DNA from: Escherichia coli
GTDB lineage: Bacteria > Pseudomonadota > Gammaproteobacteria > Enterobacterales > Enterobacteriaceae
Length of the DNA stretch: 64,000 nucleotides
Assembly: GCF_003991155.1 (NCBI RefSeq)
Contig: NZ_CP031293.1
Reading direction: 5' to 3' (one strand)
The notes below the pieces were generated by a model. The model did no database searches. It had not been told where the DNA came from and saw only the letters and a list, made by a program, of their open reading frames with translations. The translations under genes were made by a program, and so were the position numbers. Positions 49,224 to 58,359 of this stretch are shown here, piece after piece. Each line of letters opens with the position of its first letter. Positions within the stretch are counted from its first letter, which is position 1.

Positions 49224-49389
49224 TTTAGCTGCTCTCCTGGCACAAACGGAGTCAGGAGAATTAACCTTGAGAAAAATCAACAAACTGTCAGTAATGATTT
49301 GTTGCCTGCCGTCCTTTGTTATACCGTCACAGCGTTTTTAGTTGTCTGACCACTTCTCTATTATCAAGTTTGATATAGGAAACTCCACG

Positions 49390-50100
49390 ATGAACGCTGA
49401 GCGTAAATTTCTTTTTGCCTGTCTTATTTTTGCGCTGGTCATTTACGCTATCCACGCTTTCGGTTTATTCGAGCTGCTCACCGATTTACCTCACTTACAG
49501 ACACTCATTCGCCAGAGCGGATTGTTCGGTTATAGCCTCTATATTCTGTTATTCATCATTGCCACCCTCTTTCTGTTGCCAGGAAGCATACTGGTGATCG
49601 CTGGAGGGATAGTTTTTGGCCCGCTCTTAGGGACACTACTATCATTAATTGCCGCCACGCTGGCCTCCTCGTGCTCATTCCTGCTGGCGCGCTGGCTGGG
49701 ACGTGATTTACTGCTGAAATACGTTGGTCATAGCCATACCTTTCAGTCCATTGAAAAAGGCATTGCGCGTAACGGTATTGATTTTCTTATTCTGACCCGC
49801 TTAATCCCGTTGTTTCCTTACAATATTCAAAATTACGCTTACGGATTAACCACAATCGCCTTCTGGCCTTATACCCTTATTTCGGCACTCACGACCCTGC
49901 CCGGTATTGTTATTTATACCGTGATGGCAAGCGATCTCGCCAATGAAGGCATTACGCTGCGCTTTATTTTACAACTCTGTCTGGCGGGCCTGGCGCTGTT
50001 TATTCTCGTCCAGCTCGCAAAACTCTACGCTCGACACAAACATGTGGATCTGTCTGCTTCTCGCCGCAGCCCACTTTCTCACCCAAAAAATGAAGGATAG
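49390..50100 (+). CDS. ydjX: DedA/TVP38-family inner-membrane protein
   Basis: 236 aa from MNAERKFLF; multiple TM segments. Confidence 0.8.
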   Translation: MNAERKFLFACLIFALVIYAIHAFGLFELLTDLPHLQTLIRQSGLFGYSLYILLFIIATLFLLPGSILVIAGGIVFGPLLGTLLSLIAATLASSCSFLLARWLGRDLLLKYVGHSHTFQSIEKGIARNGIDFLILTRLIPLFPYNIQNYAYGLTTIAFWPYTLISALTTLPGIVIYTVMASDLANEGITLRFILQLCLAGLALFILVQLAKLYARHKHVDLSASRRSPLSHPKNEG

Positions 50101-50104
50101 AACA

Positions 50105-50782
50105 ATGTTGCAACATTATTCAGTGTCATGGAAAAAAGGACTGACTGCACTCTGCTTACTGGCTGTTGCTGGGCTTAGCGGCTGCGATCAAAAAGAGAAT
50201 GCGGCGGCAAAAGTGGAATACGACGAACTTTCGAACAGCCAACCGCTGCGTGTCGATGCTAATAACCATACGGTAACCATGCTGGTGCAAATTAATGGTC
50301 GTTTCCTCACCGACGACACTCGTCACGGTATTGTGTTTAAAGATGGCTCCAACGGACATAAATCGCTGTTTATGGGTTATGCGACCCCGAAAGCATTTTA
50401 TGAAGCCCTGAAAGAGGCAGGTGGTACGCCGGGCGAAAACATGACGATGGATAATAAAGAAACGACTCATGTCACAGGCAGCAAACTGGATATTTCGGTC
50501 AACTGGCAAGGGGCGGCAAAAGCGTATTCCTTCGATGAAGTGATTGTTGACAGTAATGGCAAGAAACTGGACATGCGCTTTGGCGGTAATTTAACGGCAG
50601 CAGAAGAGAAGAAAACGGGTTGCCTGGTGTGTCTGGATAGCTGCCCGGTCGGCATCGTCAGCAATGCAACATACACTTATGGTGCGGTGGAAAAACGCGG
50701 CGAAGTGAAATTCAAAGGCAATGCCTCAGTTCTCCCGGCGGATAACACGCTGGCAACGGTTACCTTTAAAATCACCGAATAA
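50105..50782 (+). CDS. ydjY: lipoprotein with Cys-rich motif
   Basis: 225 aa from MLQHYSVSWKK; lipobox LSGC; CLVCLDSCP motif. Confidence 0.78.
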   Translation: MLQHYSVSWKKGLTALCLLAVAGLSGCDQKENAAAKVEYDELSNSQPLRVDANNHTVTMLVQINGRFLTDDTRHGIVFKDGSNGHKSLFMGYATPKAFYEALKEAGGTPGENMTMDNKETTHVTGSKLDISVNWQGAAKAYSFDEVIVDSNGKKLDMRFGGNLTAAEEKKTGCLVCLDSCPVGIVSNATYTYGAVEKRGEVKFKGNASVLPADNTLATVTFKITE

Positions 50783-50796
50783 AGCCAGGATAAAGG

Positions 50797-51504
50797 ATGA
50801 TGAAGATGCAATCGCGAAAAATCTGGTACTACCGTATAACCCTCATCATCCTGTTGTTCGCTATGCTGCTGGCATGGGCGCTGCTTCCCGGCGTCCATGA
50901 GTTTATCAATCGCAGCGTTGCGGCGTTTGCCGCCGTGGACCAACAGGGTATAGAACGCTTTATTCAGTCTTACGGCGCACTGGCGGCAGTTGTCTCGTTC
51001 TTGTTGATGATTTTACAGGCCATTGCTGCACCGCTACCTGCGTTTTTGATCACCTTTGCCAATGCGTCGCTGTTTGGCGCGTTCTGGGGGGGATTGCTGT
51101 CGTGGACCAGTTCGATGGCCGGCGCGGCGCTGTGCTTTTTTATCGCCAGAGTGATGGGCCGCGAAGTGGTGGAAAAATTAACCGGCAAAACCGTACTTGA
51201 CAGTATGGACGGCTTTTTCACTCGCTACGGCAAACACACCATCCTGGTATGTCGGTTATTGCCTTTTGTGCCTTTTGATCCCGTAAGCTATGCTGCCGGT
51301 TTGACTTCAATACGTTTTCGCTCGTTTTTTATCGCCACCGGGCTTGGTCAGTTACCGGCGACTATTGTTTATTCTTGGGCGGGCAGCATGTTAACAGGCG
51401 GTACCTTCTGGTTTGTCACCGGACTGTTTATTCTGTTTGCCCTGACCGTGGTGATTTTTATGGCGAAGAAAATATGGCTTGAGCGCCAGAAGAGGAATGC
51501 CTGA
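50797..51504 (+). CDS. ydjZ: DedA/TVP38-family inner-membrane protein (paralogue of ydjX)
   Basis: 235-aa polytopic ORF. Confidence 0.82.
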   Translation: MMKMQSRKIWYYRITLIILLFAMLLAWALLPGVHEFINRSVAAFAAVDQQGIERFIQSYGALAAVVSFLLMILQAIAAPLPAFLITFANASLFGAFWGGLLSWTSSMAGAALCFFIARVMGREVVEKLTGKTVLDSMDGFFTRYGKHTILVCRLLPFVPFDPVSYAAGLTSIRFRSFFIATGLGQLPATIVYSWAGSMLTGGTFWFVTGLFILFALTVVIFMAKKIWLERQKRNA

Positions 51505-52052
51505 TGGGTTTACCGCCGCTTAGCAAAATTCCTTTCATTTTACGTCCGCAGGCGTGGCTGCATCGTCGCCATTACGGCGAGGTGCTAAGCCCGATTCGCT
51601 GGTGGGGGCGGATCCCGTTTATCTTTTATCTGGTGTCGATGTTTGTCGGCTGGCTGGAGCGCAAACGCTCACCGCTCGATCCGGTAGTGCGATCGCTTGT
51701 CAGCGCGCGCATTGCGCAAATGTGCCTGTGTGAGTTTTGCGTGGATATCACCAGTATGAAAGTCGCCGAGCGTACCGGCAGCACCGATAAACTGCTGGCA
51801 GTGGCTGACTGGCGGCAAAGCCCGCTCTTTAGCGATGAAGAACGGCTGGCGCTGGAGTACGCCGAAGCCGCAAGCGTCACACCGCCAACGGTCGATGATG
51901 CCCTGCGTACCCGACTGGCTACCCATTTTGACGCTCAGGCACTCACCGAACTGACGGCATTGATCGGCCTGCAAAACCTGTCAGCCCGTTTTAATTCTGC
52001 CATGGACATTCCCGCTCAGGGGCTGTGCCGTATTCCTGACAAACGTTCTTAA
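51504..52052 (+). CDS. ynjA: AhpD/carboxymuconolactone-decarboxylase-like protein with CxxC
   Basis: 182-aa ORF; start overlaps the ydjZ stop; CLCEFC motif. Confidence 0.8.
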   Translation: MGLPPLSKIPFILRPQAWLHRRHYGEVLSPIRWWGRIPFIFYLVSMFVGWLERKRSPLDPVVRSLVSARIAQMCLCEFCVDITSMKVAERTGSTDKLLAVADWRQSPLFSDEERLALEYAEAASVTPPTVDDALRTRLATHFDAQALTELTALIGLQNLSARFNSAMDIPAQGLCRIPDKRS

Positions 52053-52058
52053 GGAGAG

Positions 52059-53228
52059 ATGATGCGCCATTGTGTATGGTTGCTGGGATTGTTATCGCTG
52101 TTTTCTTTGGCAACACATGCCAGTGACTGGCAGGAAATTAAAAATGAGGCCAAAGGGCAAACCGTCTGGTTTAACGCCTGGGGCGGCGATACCGCAATTA
52201 ACCGCTATCTCGACTGGGTTAGCGGCGAGATGAAAACCCATTACGCTATAAACCTGAAGATTGTTCGTCTCGCGGATGCCGCAGACGCGGTGAAGCGCAT
52301 TCAGACCGAAGCTGCTGCCGGGCGCAAAACAGGCGGTTCGGTGGATCTGCTCTGGGTGAACGGCGAAAACTTCCGCACCTTAAAAGAGGCTAATTTACTG
52401 CAAACTGACTGGGCGGAGACCCTGCCCAACTGGCGCTATGTCGACACACAGCTGCCGGTGCGGGAAGATTTTTCAGTGCCTACAGAAGGGGCAGAATCAC
52501 CCTGGGGCGGCGCGCAATTGACGTTTATCGCCCGCCGCGATGTTACGCCACAGCCACCACAAACGCCGCAAGCCTTACTGGAGTTTGCTAAAGCCAATCC
52601 CGGCACGGTTACCTATCCGCGCCCACCGGACTTTACCGGCACGGCGTTTCTTGAACAGTTGCTGATTATGCTGACGCCCGATCCCGCAGCATTAAAAGAA
52701 GCGCCGGACGATGCAACTTTCGCCCGTGTCACTGCTCCCTTGTGGCAATATCTTGATGCGCTACATCCGTATTTGTGGCGCGAAGGAAAGGATTTCCCGC
52801 CTTCGCCCGCGCGGATGGATGCTCTGCTGAAAGCCGGCACATTGCGCCTGTCGCTGACCTTTAACCCCGCGCATGCGCAGCAAAAAATCGCCAGCGGCGA
52901 TTTACCCGCCAGCAGTTACAGTTTTGGCTTTCGCGAGGGGATGATTGGCAACGTGCATTTCGTCACCATTCCTGCCAACGCGAATGCCAGTGCTGCGGCG
53001 AAGGTAGTTGCCAATTTCCTGCTCTCACCCGATGCGCAACTGCGTAAAGCAGATCCCACTGTCTGGGGCGATCCTTCTGTTCTCGATCCGCAAAAACTGC
53101 CTGACGGGCAGCGCGAAACATTGCAATCGAGAATGCCGCAGGATCTGCCGCCGGTACTGGCTGAACCGCACGCAGGTTGGGTAAATGCGCTGGAACAAGA
53201 ATGGCTACACCGTTACGGTACGCATTAA
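52059..53228 (+). CDS. ynjB: ABC transporter periplasmic substrate-binding protein
   Basis: 389-aa ORF with signal peptide (start could be the second ATG at 52062). Confidence 0.82.
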   Translation: MMRHCVWLLGLLSLFSLATHASDWQEIKNEAKGQTVWFNAWGGDTAINRYLDWVSGEMKTHYAINLKIVRLADAADAVKRIQTEAAAGRKTGGSVDLLWVNGENFRTLKEANLLQTDWAETLPNWRYVDTQLPVREDFSVPTEGAESPWGGAQLTFIARRDVTPQPPQTPQALLEFAKANPGTVTYPRPPDFTGTAFLEQLLIMLTPDPAALKEAPDDATFARVTAPLWQYLDALHPYLWREGKDFPPSPARMDALLKAGTLRLSLTFNPAHAQQKIASGDLPASSYSFGFREGMIGNVHFVTIPANANASAAAKVVANFLLSPDAQLRKADPTVWGDPSVLDPQKLPDGQRETLQSRMPQDLPPVLAEPHAGWVNALEQEWLHRYGTH

Positions 53229-54736
53229 TCTTTTTGCTGTGGGCGATGGTGGCGGTGATTTATGCACCGCTGATCCCGGCAACTCTCACGCTGATATCGC
53301 CTGCTTTATCGTTGACACACTGGCAGGCGTTATTTGCCGATCCACAGTTACCGCAGGCATTACTGGCAACGCTGGTGTCGACAACCATCGCGGCGGTCGG
53401 GGCGTTGTTGATTGCCCTGCTGGTGATTGTGGCGCTGTGGCCTGGGCCGAAATGGCAGCGTATGTGCGCCCGTCTGCCGTGGCTGCTCGCCATTCCCCAT
53501 GTGGCTTTTGCCACCAGCACCCTTCTGCTCTTTGCTGACGGAGGGCTGCTTTATGACTATTTCCCATATTTCACTCCGCCAATGGACAAATTGGGTATTG
53601 GGCTGGGCTTCACGCTGGCGGTGAAAGAAAGCGCATTTCTATTGTGGATCTTAGCGGCAGTATTGAGCGAAAAACGGCTGTTGCAGCAACTCATTGTGCT
53701 GGATTCGCTGGGCTACAGCCGCTGGCAATGCCTGAACTGGCTGCTGTTGCCCTCCGTCGCGCCTGCGCTGGCAATGGCGATGCTGGCGATTGTGGCCTGG
53801 TCGCTGTCGGTCGTGGATGTGGCGATTATTCTTGGGCCAGGTAATCCCCCGACGCTGGCAGTAATTAGCTGGCAGTGGTTAACTCAGGGCGACGCCGATC
53901 AACAAACGAAAGGCGCACTCGCCAGCCTGCTGCTGATGCTGTTACTCGCCGCCTACGTTTTGCTGGACTATCTGCTATGGCGTGGCTGGCGGCGTACTAT
54001 TCCCCGCGTAGATGGCGTTCGTAAGCCTGCCACGCCTTTATTGCCAGGCAATACGCTGGCGAGTTTTTTACCCTTAACCGGTGTGCTGTGTGTGGTTCTG
54101 CTGGCGATCCTCGCGGATCAGTCGACGATCAATAGTGAAGCGCTCATCAACAGCCTGACAATGGGGCCGGTGGCGACATTCATCGCTTTGCTCCTGTTAC
54201 TGCTGTGGCTGGAATGGGGGCCACAGCGTCGCCAATTGTGGCTATGGTTGCCTATTTTATTACCCGCTCTGCCGCTGGTGGCGGGCCAGTACACGCTGGC
54301 GCTATGGCTGAACCTGGATGGAAGCTGGACGGCGGTGGTCTGGGGGCATCTGCTGTGGGTAATGCCGTGGATGCTGTTTATCCTGCAACCCGCCTGGCAG
54401 CGCATTGATTCACGGTTAATTTTGATTGCGCAAACACTGGGCTGGTCGCGGGCCAAAATCTTCTTTTACGTAAAATGCCCACTCATGTTGCGCCCTGCGT
54501 TGATTGCCTTCGCGGTGGGATTTTCAGTCAGTATTGCGCAGTATATGCCGACGCTGTGGCTGGGCGCGGGGCGTTTTCCGACGCTCACCACTGAAGCGGT
54601 GGCATTAAGCAGCGGCGGCAGCAACGGCATTCTCGCCGCCCAGGCTTTATGGCAACTACTGTTGCCGCTTATTATTTTTGCCCTGACCGCGTTAGTCGCA
54701 AAATGGGTAGGTTATGTCAGACAAGGACTCCGCTAA
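53201..54736 (+). CDS. ynjC: ABC transporter permease, fused double transmembrane domain
   Basis: 511 aa from ATG at 53201; 5' end overlaps the ynjB 3' end. Confidence 0.8.
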   Translation: MATPLRYALIFLLWAMVAVIYAPLIPATLTLISPALSLTHWQALFADPQLPQALLATLVSTTIAAVGALLIALLVIVALWPGPKWQRMCARLPWLLAIPHVAFATSTLLLFADGGLLYDYFPYFTPPMDKLGIGLGFTLAVKESAFLLWILAAVLSEKRLLQQLIVLDSLGYSRWQCLNWLLLPSVAPALAMAMLAIVAWSLSVVDVAIILGPGNPPTLAVISWQWLTQGDADQQTKGALASLLLMLLLAAYVLLDYLLWRGWRRTIPRVDGVRKPATPLLPGNTLASFLPLTGVLCVVLLAILADQSTINSEALINSLTMGPVATFIALLLLLLWLEWGPQRRQLWLWLPILLPALPLVAGQYTLALWLNLDGSWTAVVWGHLLWVMPWMLFILQPAWQRIDSRLILIAQTLGWSRAKIFFYVKCPLMLRPALIAFAVGFSVSIAQYMPTLWLGAGRFPTLTTEAVALSSGGSNGILAAQALWQLLLPLIIFALTALVAKWVGYVRQGLR

Positions 54737-55389
54737 TGCTCTGCGTGAAAAATGTTTCGCTACGTTTACCAGAAAGCCGCTTGCTGACAAACGTTAACTT
54801 TACGGTGGATAAAGGTGACATTGTCACGTTAATGGGGCCGTCTGGCTGTGGAAAATCTACACTGTTTTCATGGATGATTGGTGCGCTGGCCGGACAGTTT
54901 TCTTGTACAGGTGAGCTATGGCTCAATGAGCAACGGATTGACATGCTACCCACCGCACAGCGTCAGATTGGCATTCTTTTCCAGGATGCACTGTTATTTG
55001 ACCAATTCAGCGTCGGGCAAAATTTACTGCTGGCTCTGCCAGCGGCACTCAAAGGTGTTGCAAGGCGCGATGCGGTAAATGATGCGCTGGAGCGTGCGGG
55101 GCTTGGCGGTATGTTCCATCAGGATCCTGCCACTTTGTCTGGCGGTCAGCGAGCGCGCGTTGCTCTAGTACGCGCCCTTCTCGCTCAGCCAAAAGCGTTG
55201 CTACTGGATGAGCCATTCAGCCGTCTTGATGTAGCTCTGCGCGATAATTTTCGCCAGTGGGTGTTCAGCGAAGTTCGCGCCCAGGCGATCCCAGTCGTTC
55301 AGGTAACGCACGATCTCCAGGATGTTCCTGCTGATAGCCCCGTTCTGGATATGGCGCAGTGGTCAGAAAATTACAACAAACTGCGATAA
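54736..55389 (+). CDS. ynjD: ABC transporter ATP-binding protein
   Basis: 217 aa with Walker A GPSGCGKST and signature LSGGQRAR; start overlaps the ynjC stop. Confidence 0.85.
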   Translation: MLCVKNVSLRLPESRLLTNVNFTVDKGDIVTLMGPSGCGKSTLFSWMIGALAGQFSCTGELWLNEQRIDMLPTAQRQIGILFQDALLFDQFSVGQNLLLALPAALKGVARRDAVNDALERAGLGGMFHQDPATLSGGQRARVALVRALLAQPKALLLDEPFSRLDVALRDNFRQWVFSEVRAQAIPVVQVTHDLQDVPADSPVLDMAQWSENYNKLR

Positions 55390-55455
55390 CGCAAAGTTTT
55401 TCTCAATGCGTCAGTTCAGAATGGCGCTCTCAAAAATACAATGTCGGGATTTTCG

Positions 55456-56763
55456 ATGAAACGTGTTTCTCAAATGACCGCGCTGGCAATGGCTTTAGGG
55501 CTGGCTTGCGCTTCTTCGTGGGCCGCTGAACTGGCGAAGCCTCTTACACTTGACCAGCTTCAACAACAAAATGGCAAAGCGATTGATACTCGCCCCAGCG
55601 CGTTTTATAACGGCTGGCCACAAACCTTAAATGGCCCTTCCGGTCATGAACCTGCCGCCTTAAACCTCTCTGCTAGCTGGCTCGACAAAATGAGCACCGA
55701 ACAGCTCAACGAGTGGATCAAGCAACATAACCTGAAAGCCGATGCCCCGGTGGCGCTGTACGGTAATGACAAAGATGTCGATGCCGTCAAAACGCGTCTG
55801 CAAAAAGCAGGTTTTACGCATATCTCCATCCTGAGTGACGCGCTAAGCGAACCTTCCCGTCTGCAAAAACTGCCGCACTTTGAGCAGCTGGTTTATCCGC
55901 AATGGCTGCATGACCTGCAACAAGGTAAAGAGGTTACGGCGAAACCTGCCGGTGACTGGAAAGTCATTGAAGCGGCCTGGGGCGCTCCTAAGCTTTACCT
56001 TATCAGCCATATTCCCGGCGCTGACTACATCGACACCAACGAAGTGGAAAGCGAACCGCTGTGGAACAAAGTTTCTGATGAACAACTGAAAGCGATGCTG
56101 GCAAAACACGGCATTCGCCATGACACCACGGTCATTCTGTACGGGCGTGACGTATACGCTGCAGCGCGTGTGGCGCAAATTATGCTTTATGCCGGCGTGA
56201 AAGATGTGCGCCTGCTGGACGGAGGCTGGCAAACCTGGTCCGACGCGGGTCTGCCCGTTGAGCGCGGTACGCCACCGAAAGTGAAAGCGGAACCGGATTT
56301 CGGCGTGAAGATCCCGGCACAACCGCAACTGATGCTTGATATGGAACAAGCGCGTGGACTGCTGCATCGCCAGGATGCATCGCTGGTGAGTATTCGTTCG
56401 TGGCCGGAGTTTATCGGTACGACCAGTGGTTACAGCTATATTAAACCAAAAGGTGAAATAGCCGGAGCACGTTGGGGACACGCTGGTAGCGACTCGACGC
56501 ATATGGAAGATTTCCATAACCCGGATGGCACCATGCGTAGCGCCGATGATATTACCGCTATGTGGAAAGCATGGAATATCAAGCCAGATCAGCAAGTTTC
56601 ATTCTACTGCGGCACCGGCTGGCGCGCGTCCGAAACCTTTATGTACGCACGCGCAATGGGCTGGAATAACGTCTCCGTTTACGACGGCGGCTGGTACGAA
56701 TGGAGCAGCGATCCAAAAAATCCGGTAGCAACCGGTGAACGCGGCCCGGACAGCAGCAAATAA
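55456..56763 (+). CDS. ynjE: periplasmic multi-domain rhodanese (sulfurtransferase)
   Basis: 435 aa from MKRVSQMTAL with signal peptide; rhodanese active-site loop YCGTGWR. Confidence 0.88.
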   Translation: MKRVSQMTALAMALGLACASSWAAELAKPLTLDQLQQQNGKAIDTRPSAFYNGWPQTLNGPSGHEPAALNLSASWLDKMSTEQLNEWIKQHNLKADAPVALYGNDKDVDAVKTRLQKAGFTHISILSDALSEPSRLQKLPHFEQLVYPQWLHDLQQGKEVTAKPAGDWKVIEAAWGAPKLYLISHIPGADYIDTNEVESEPLWNKVSDEQLKAMLAKHGIRHDTTVILYGRDVYAAARVAQIMLYAGVKDVRLLDGGWQTWSDAGLPVERGTPPKVKAEPDFGVKIPAQPQLMLDMEQARGLLHRQDASLVSIRSWPEFIGTTSGYSYIKPKGEIAGARWGHAGSDSTHMEDFHNPDGTMRSADDITAMWKAWNIKPDQQVSFYCGTGWRASETFMYARAMGWNNVSVYDGGWYEWSSDPKNPVATGERGPDSSK

Positions 56764-56771
56764 CATTGCAA

Positions 56772-57398
56772 TTACTGACGCTGGAGCGACTTCAGCGTCA
56801 GATACCCACTCCACACCCGCGTAAAGGTCGTCATCCAGCACAACGCACCAAATACCCACGCAAACCACGGAAAACAGGCCGGAAAGAGGCAACTCAGAAC
56901 AAACAGCAAAATCGTCTCGCTGCCTTCGGTTAACCCGCCCAGATAATAAAACGATTTATGCGCATAACCAGGATTATCAATCTGATGTTTCGCCGCCAGC
57001 GCAGCAAAAGCGAGAAAACTGCTGCCCGTGCCGATAAACGCAAACAGCAGCCAGCCGCCTGCCAGCGCATTTTGCTCCGGTGCAGCAAGAATAAAACCAA
57101 ACGGCACCAGCGCGTAAAAGAGAAAATCGAGAGAAATATCGAGAAAGCCGCCCGCGTCGGTAAGCCCTCTGCGCCGCGCCAGCGCACCGTCCAGACCATC
57201 AAGCAGCCTGTTCAACAAAATGGCGACTAGCGCCGCCAGATACCAGCCCAGCGCCAGAAAAGGCAGTGCCAGCACGCCGATGGCAAATCCCACTAATGTT
57301 AAACCATCTGGCGTAATGCCCGGTTTATCAAGAACCCGCACGCACTGATGCAACAACGGTTTAATCCGGGGATGAAGATGGCGGTCTAGCACAGGCAC
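56772..57398 (-). CDS. ynjF: CDP-alcohol phosphatidyltransferase-family membrane protein
   Basis: 208-aa ORF with CDP-OH P-transferase-like motif (DGLDGALAR). Confidence 0.8.
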   Translation of the reverse strand: MPVLDRHLHPRIKPLLHQCVRVLDKPGITPDGLTLVGFAIGVLALPFLALGWYLAALVAILLNRLLDGLDGALARRRGLTDAGGFLDISLDFLFYALVPFGFILAAPEQNALAGGWLLFAFIGTGSSFLAFAALAAKHQIDNPGYAHKSFYYLGGLTEGSETILLFVLSCLFPACFPWFAWVFGALCWMTTFTRVWSGYLTLKSLQRQ

Positions 57399-57478
57399 TC
57401 CTTAAATATAAAGCCTTTCTGATTGAGCAACAGTGCGGATATTATGGCATTTTTCGCTTATCTGCCCGTGTGTAATTT

Positions 57479-57886
57479 ATGAAAATGATTGAAGTTGTTG
57501 CCGCCATCATCGAACGTGATGGCAAAATTTTACTCGCGCAACGCCCCGCCCATAGCGATCAGGCGGGATTATGGGAGTTTGCCGGTGGTAAAGTCGAGCC
57601 GGATGAAAACCAGCGGCAGGCGCTGGTGCGTGAGTTACGCGAAGAACTGGGCATCGAAGCAGCTGTGGGTGAATATGTTGCCAGCCATCAGCGAGAAGTT
57701 TCGGGGCGGATTATCCATCTTCATGCCTGGCACGTACCCGACTTCCACGGGACGTTACAGGCACATGAACATCAGGCGCTGGTCTGGTGCTCACCTGAAG
57801 AGGCGCTGCAATATCCGCTGGCCCCTGCTGACATTCCACTATTAGAGGCATTTATGGCTTTACGCGCCGCCAGACCAGCGGATTAG
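57479..57886 (+). CDS. nudG: Nudix hydrolase (CTP/dCTP pyrophosphohydrolase)
   Basis: 135-aa ORF with Nudix box GGKVEPDENQRQALVRELREELGIE. Confidence 0.9.
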   Translation: MKMIEVVAAIIERDGKILLAQRPAHSDQAGLWEFAGGKVEPDENQRQALVRELREELGIEAAVGEYVASHQREVSGRIIHLHAWHVPDFHGTLQAHEHQALVWCSPEEALQYPLAPADIPLLEAFMALRAARPAD

Positions 57887-58124
57887 TGCTAAGGGTTTTG
57901 TCATCACGCTGGCATTGCAGCAGTATTCCCTCGGCTTTAATTACCGCTCCTTCAGAATAATTTTTATCCTGATAAACGCAGCACTGAGTACAGGGCTGCG
58001 CTGACTGCCCGCCTGAACTGAACACTTCTGGCGGTACGTTTACCTCCACGTCCGGATGATAATGCGGGTTAGCCAGTGCAATTAATGGAAATGCTAATAC
58101 TACGGCGAACAATGCTCGACTCAC
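57852..58124 (-). CDS. ynjH: small secreted protein (DUF1496-like)
   Basis: 90-aa ORF with signal peptide; 3' end overlaps nudG by 35 nt. Confidence 0.7.
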   Translation of the reverse strand: MSRALFAVVLAFPLIALANPHYHPDVEVNVPPEVFSSGGQSAQPCTQCCVYQDKNYSEGAVIKAEGILLQCQRDDKTLSTNPLVWRRVKP

Positions 58125-58359
58125 AGGGAACTCCTTAACGTTATTGTCTCTGCTACTAATAACGGTAGCCGGGCGGCATAACTTTAGCGTCTGAGTTATC
58201 GCATTTGGTTATGAGATTACTCTCGTTATTAATTTGCTTTCCTGGGTCATTTTTTTCTTGCTTACCGTCACATTCTTGATGGTATAGTCGAAAACTGCAA
58301 AAGCACATGACATAAACAACATAAGCACAATCGTATTAATATATAAGGGTTTTATATCT

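Noticed and set aside
53185-53844. Multiple short ORFs (60-117 aa) in alternative frames within ynjC
   Set aside because: GC-rich membrane-protein gene producing spurious overlapping frames; none has start-site support.
55843-56595. 250-aa minus-strand ORF antisense to ynjE; similar cases at 48393..49031 (antisense to xthA) and 41117..41605 (antisense to spy)
   Set aside because: Shadow ORFs within recognised genes; no independent start or RBS support.
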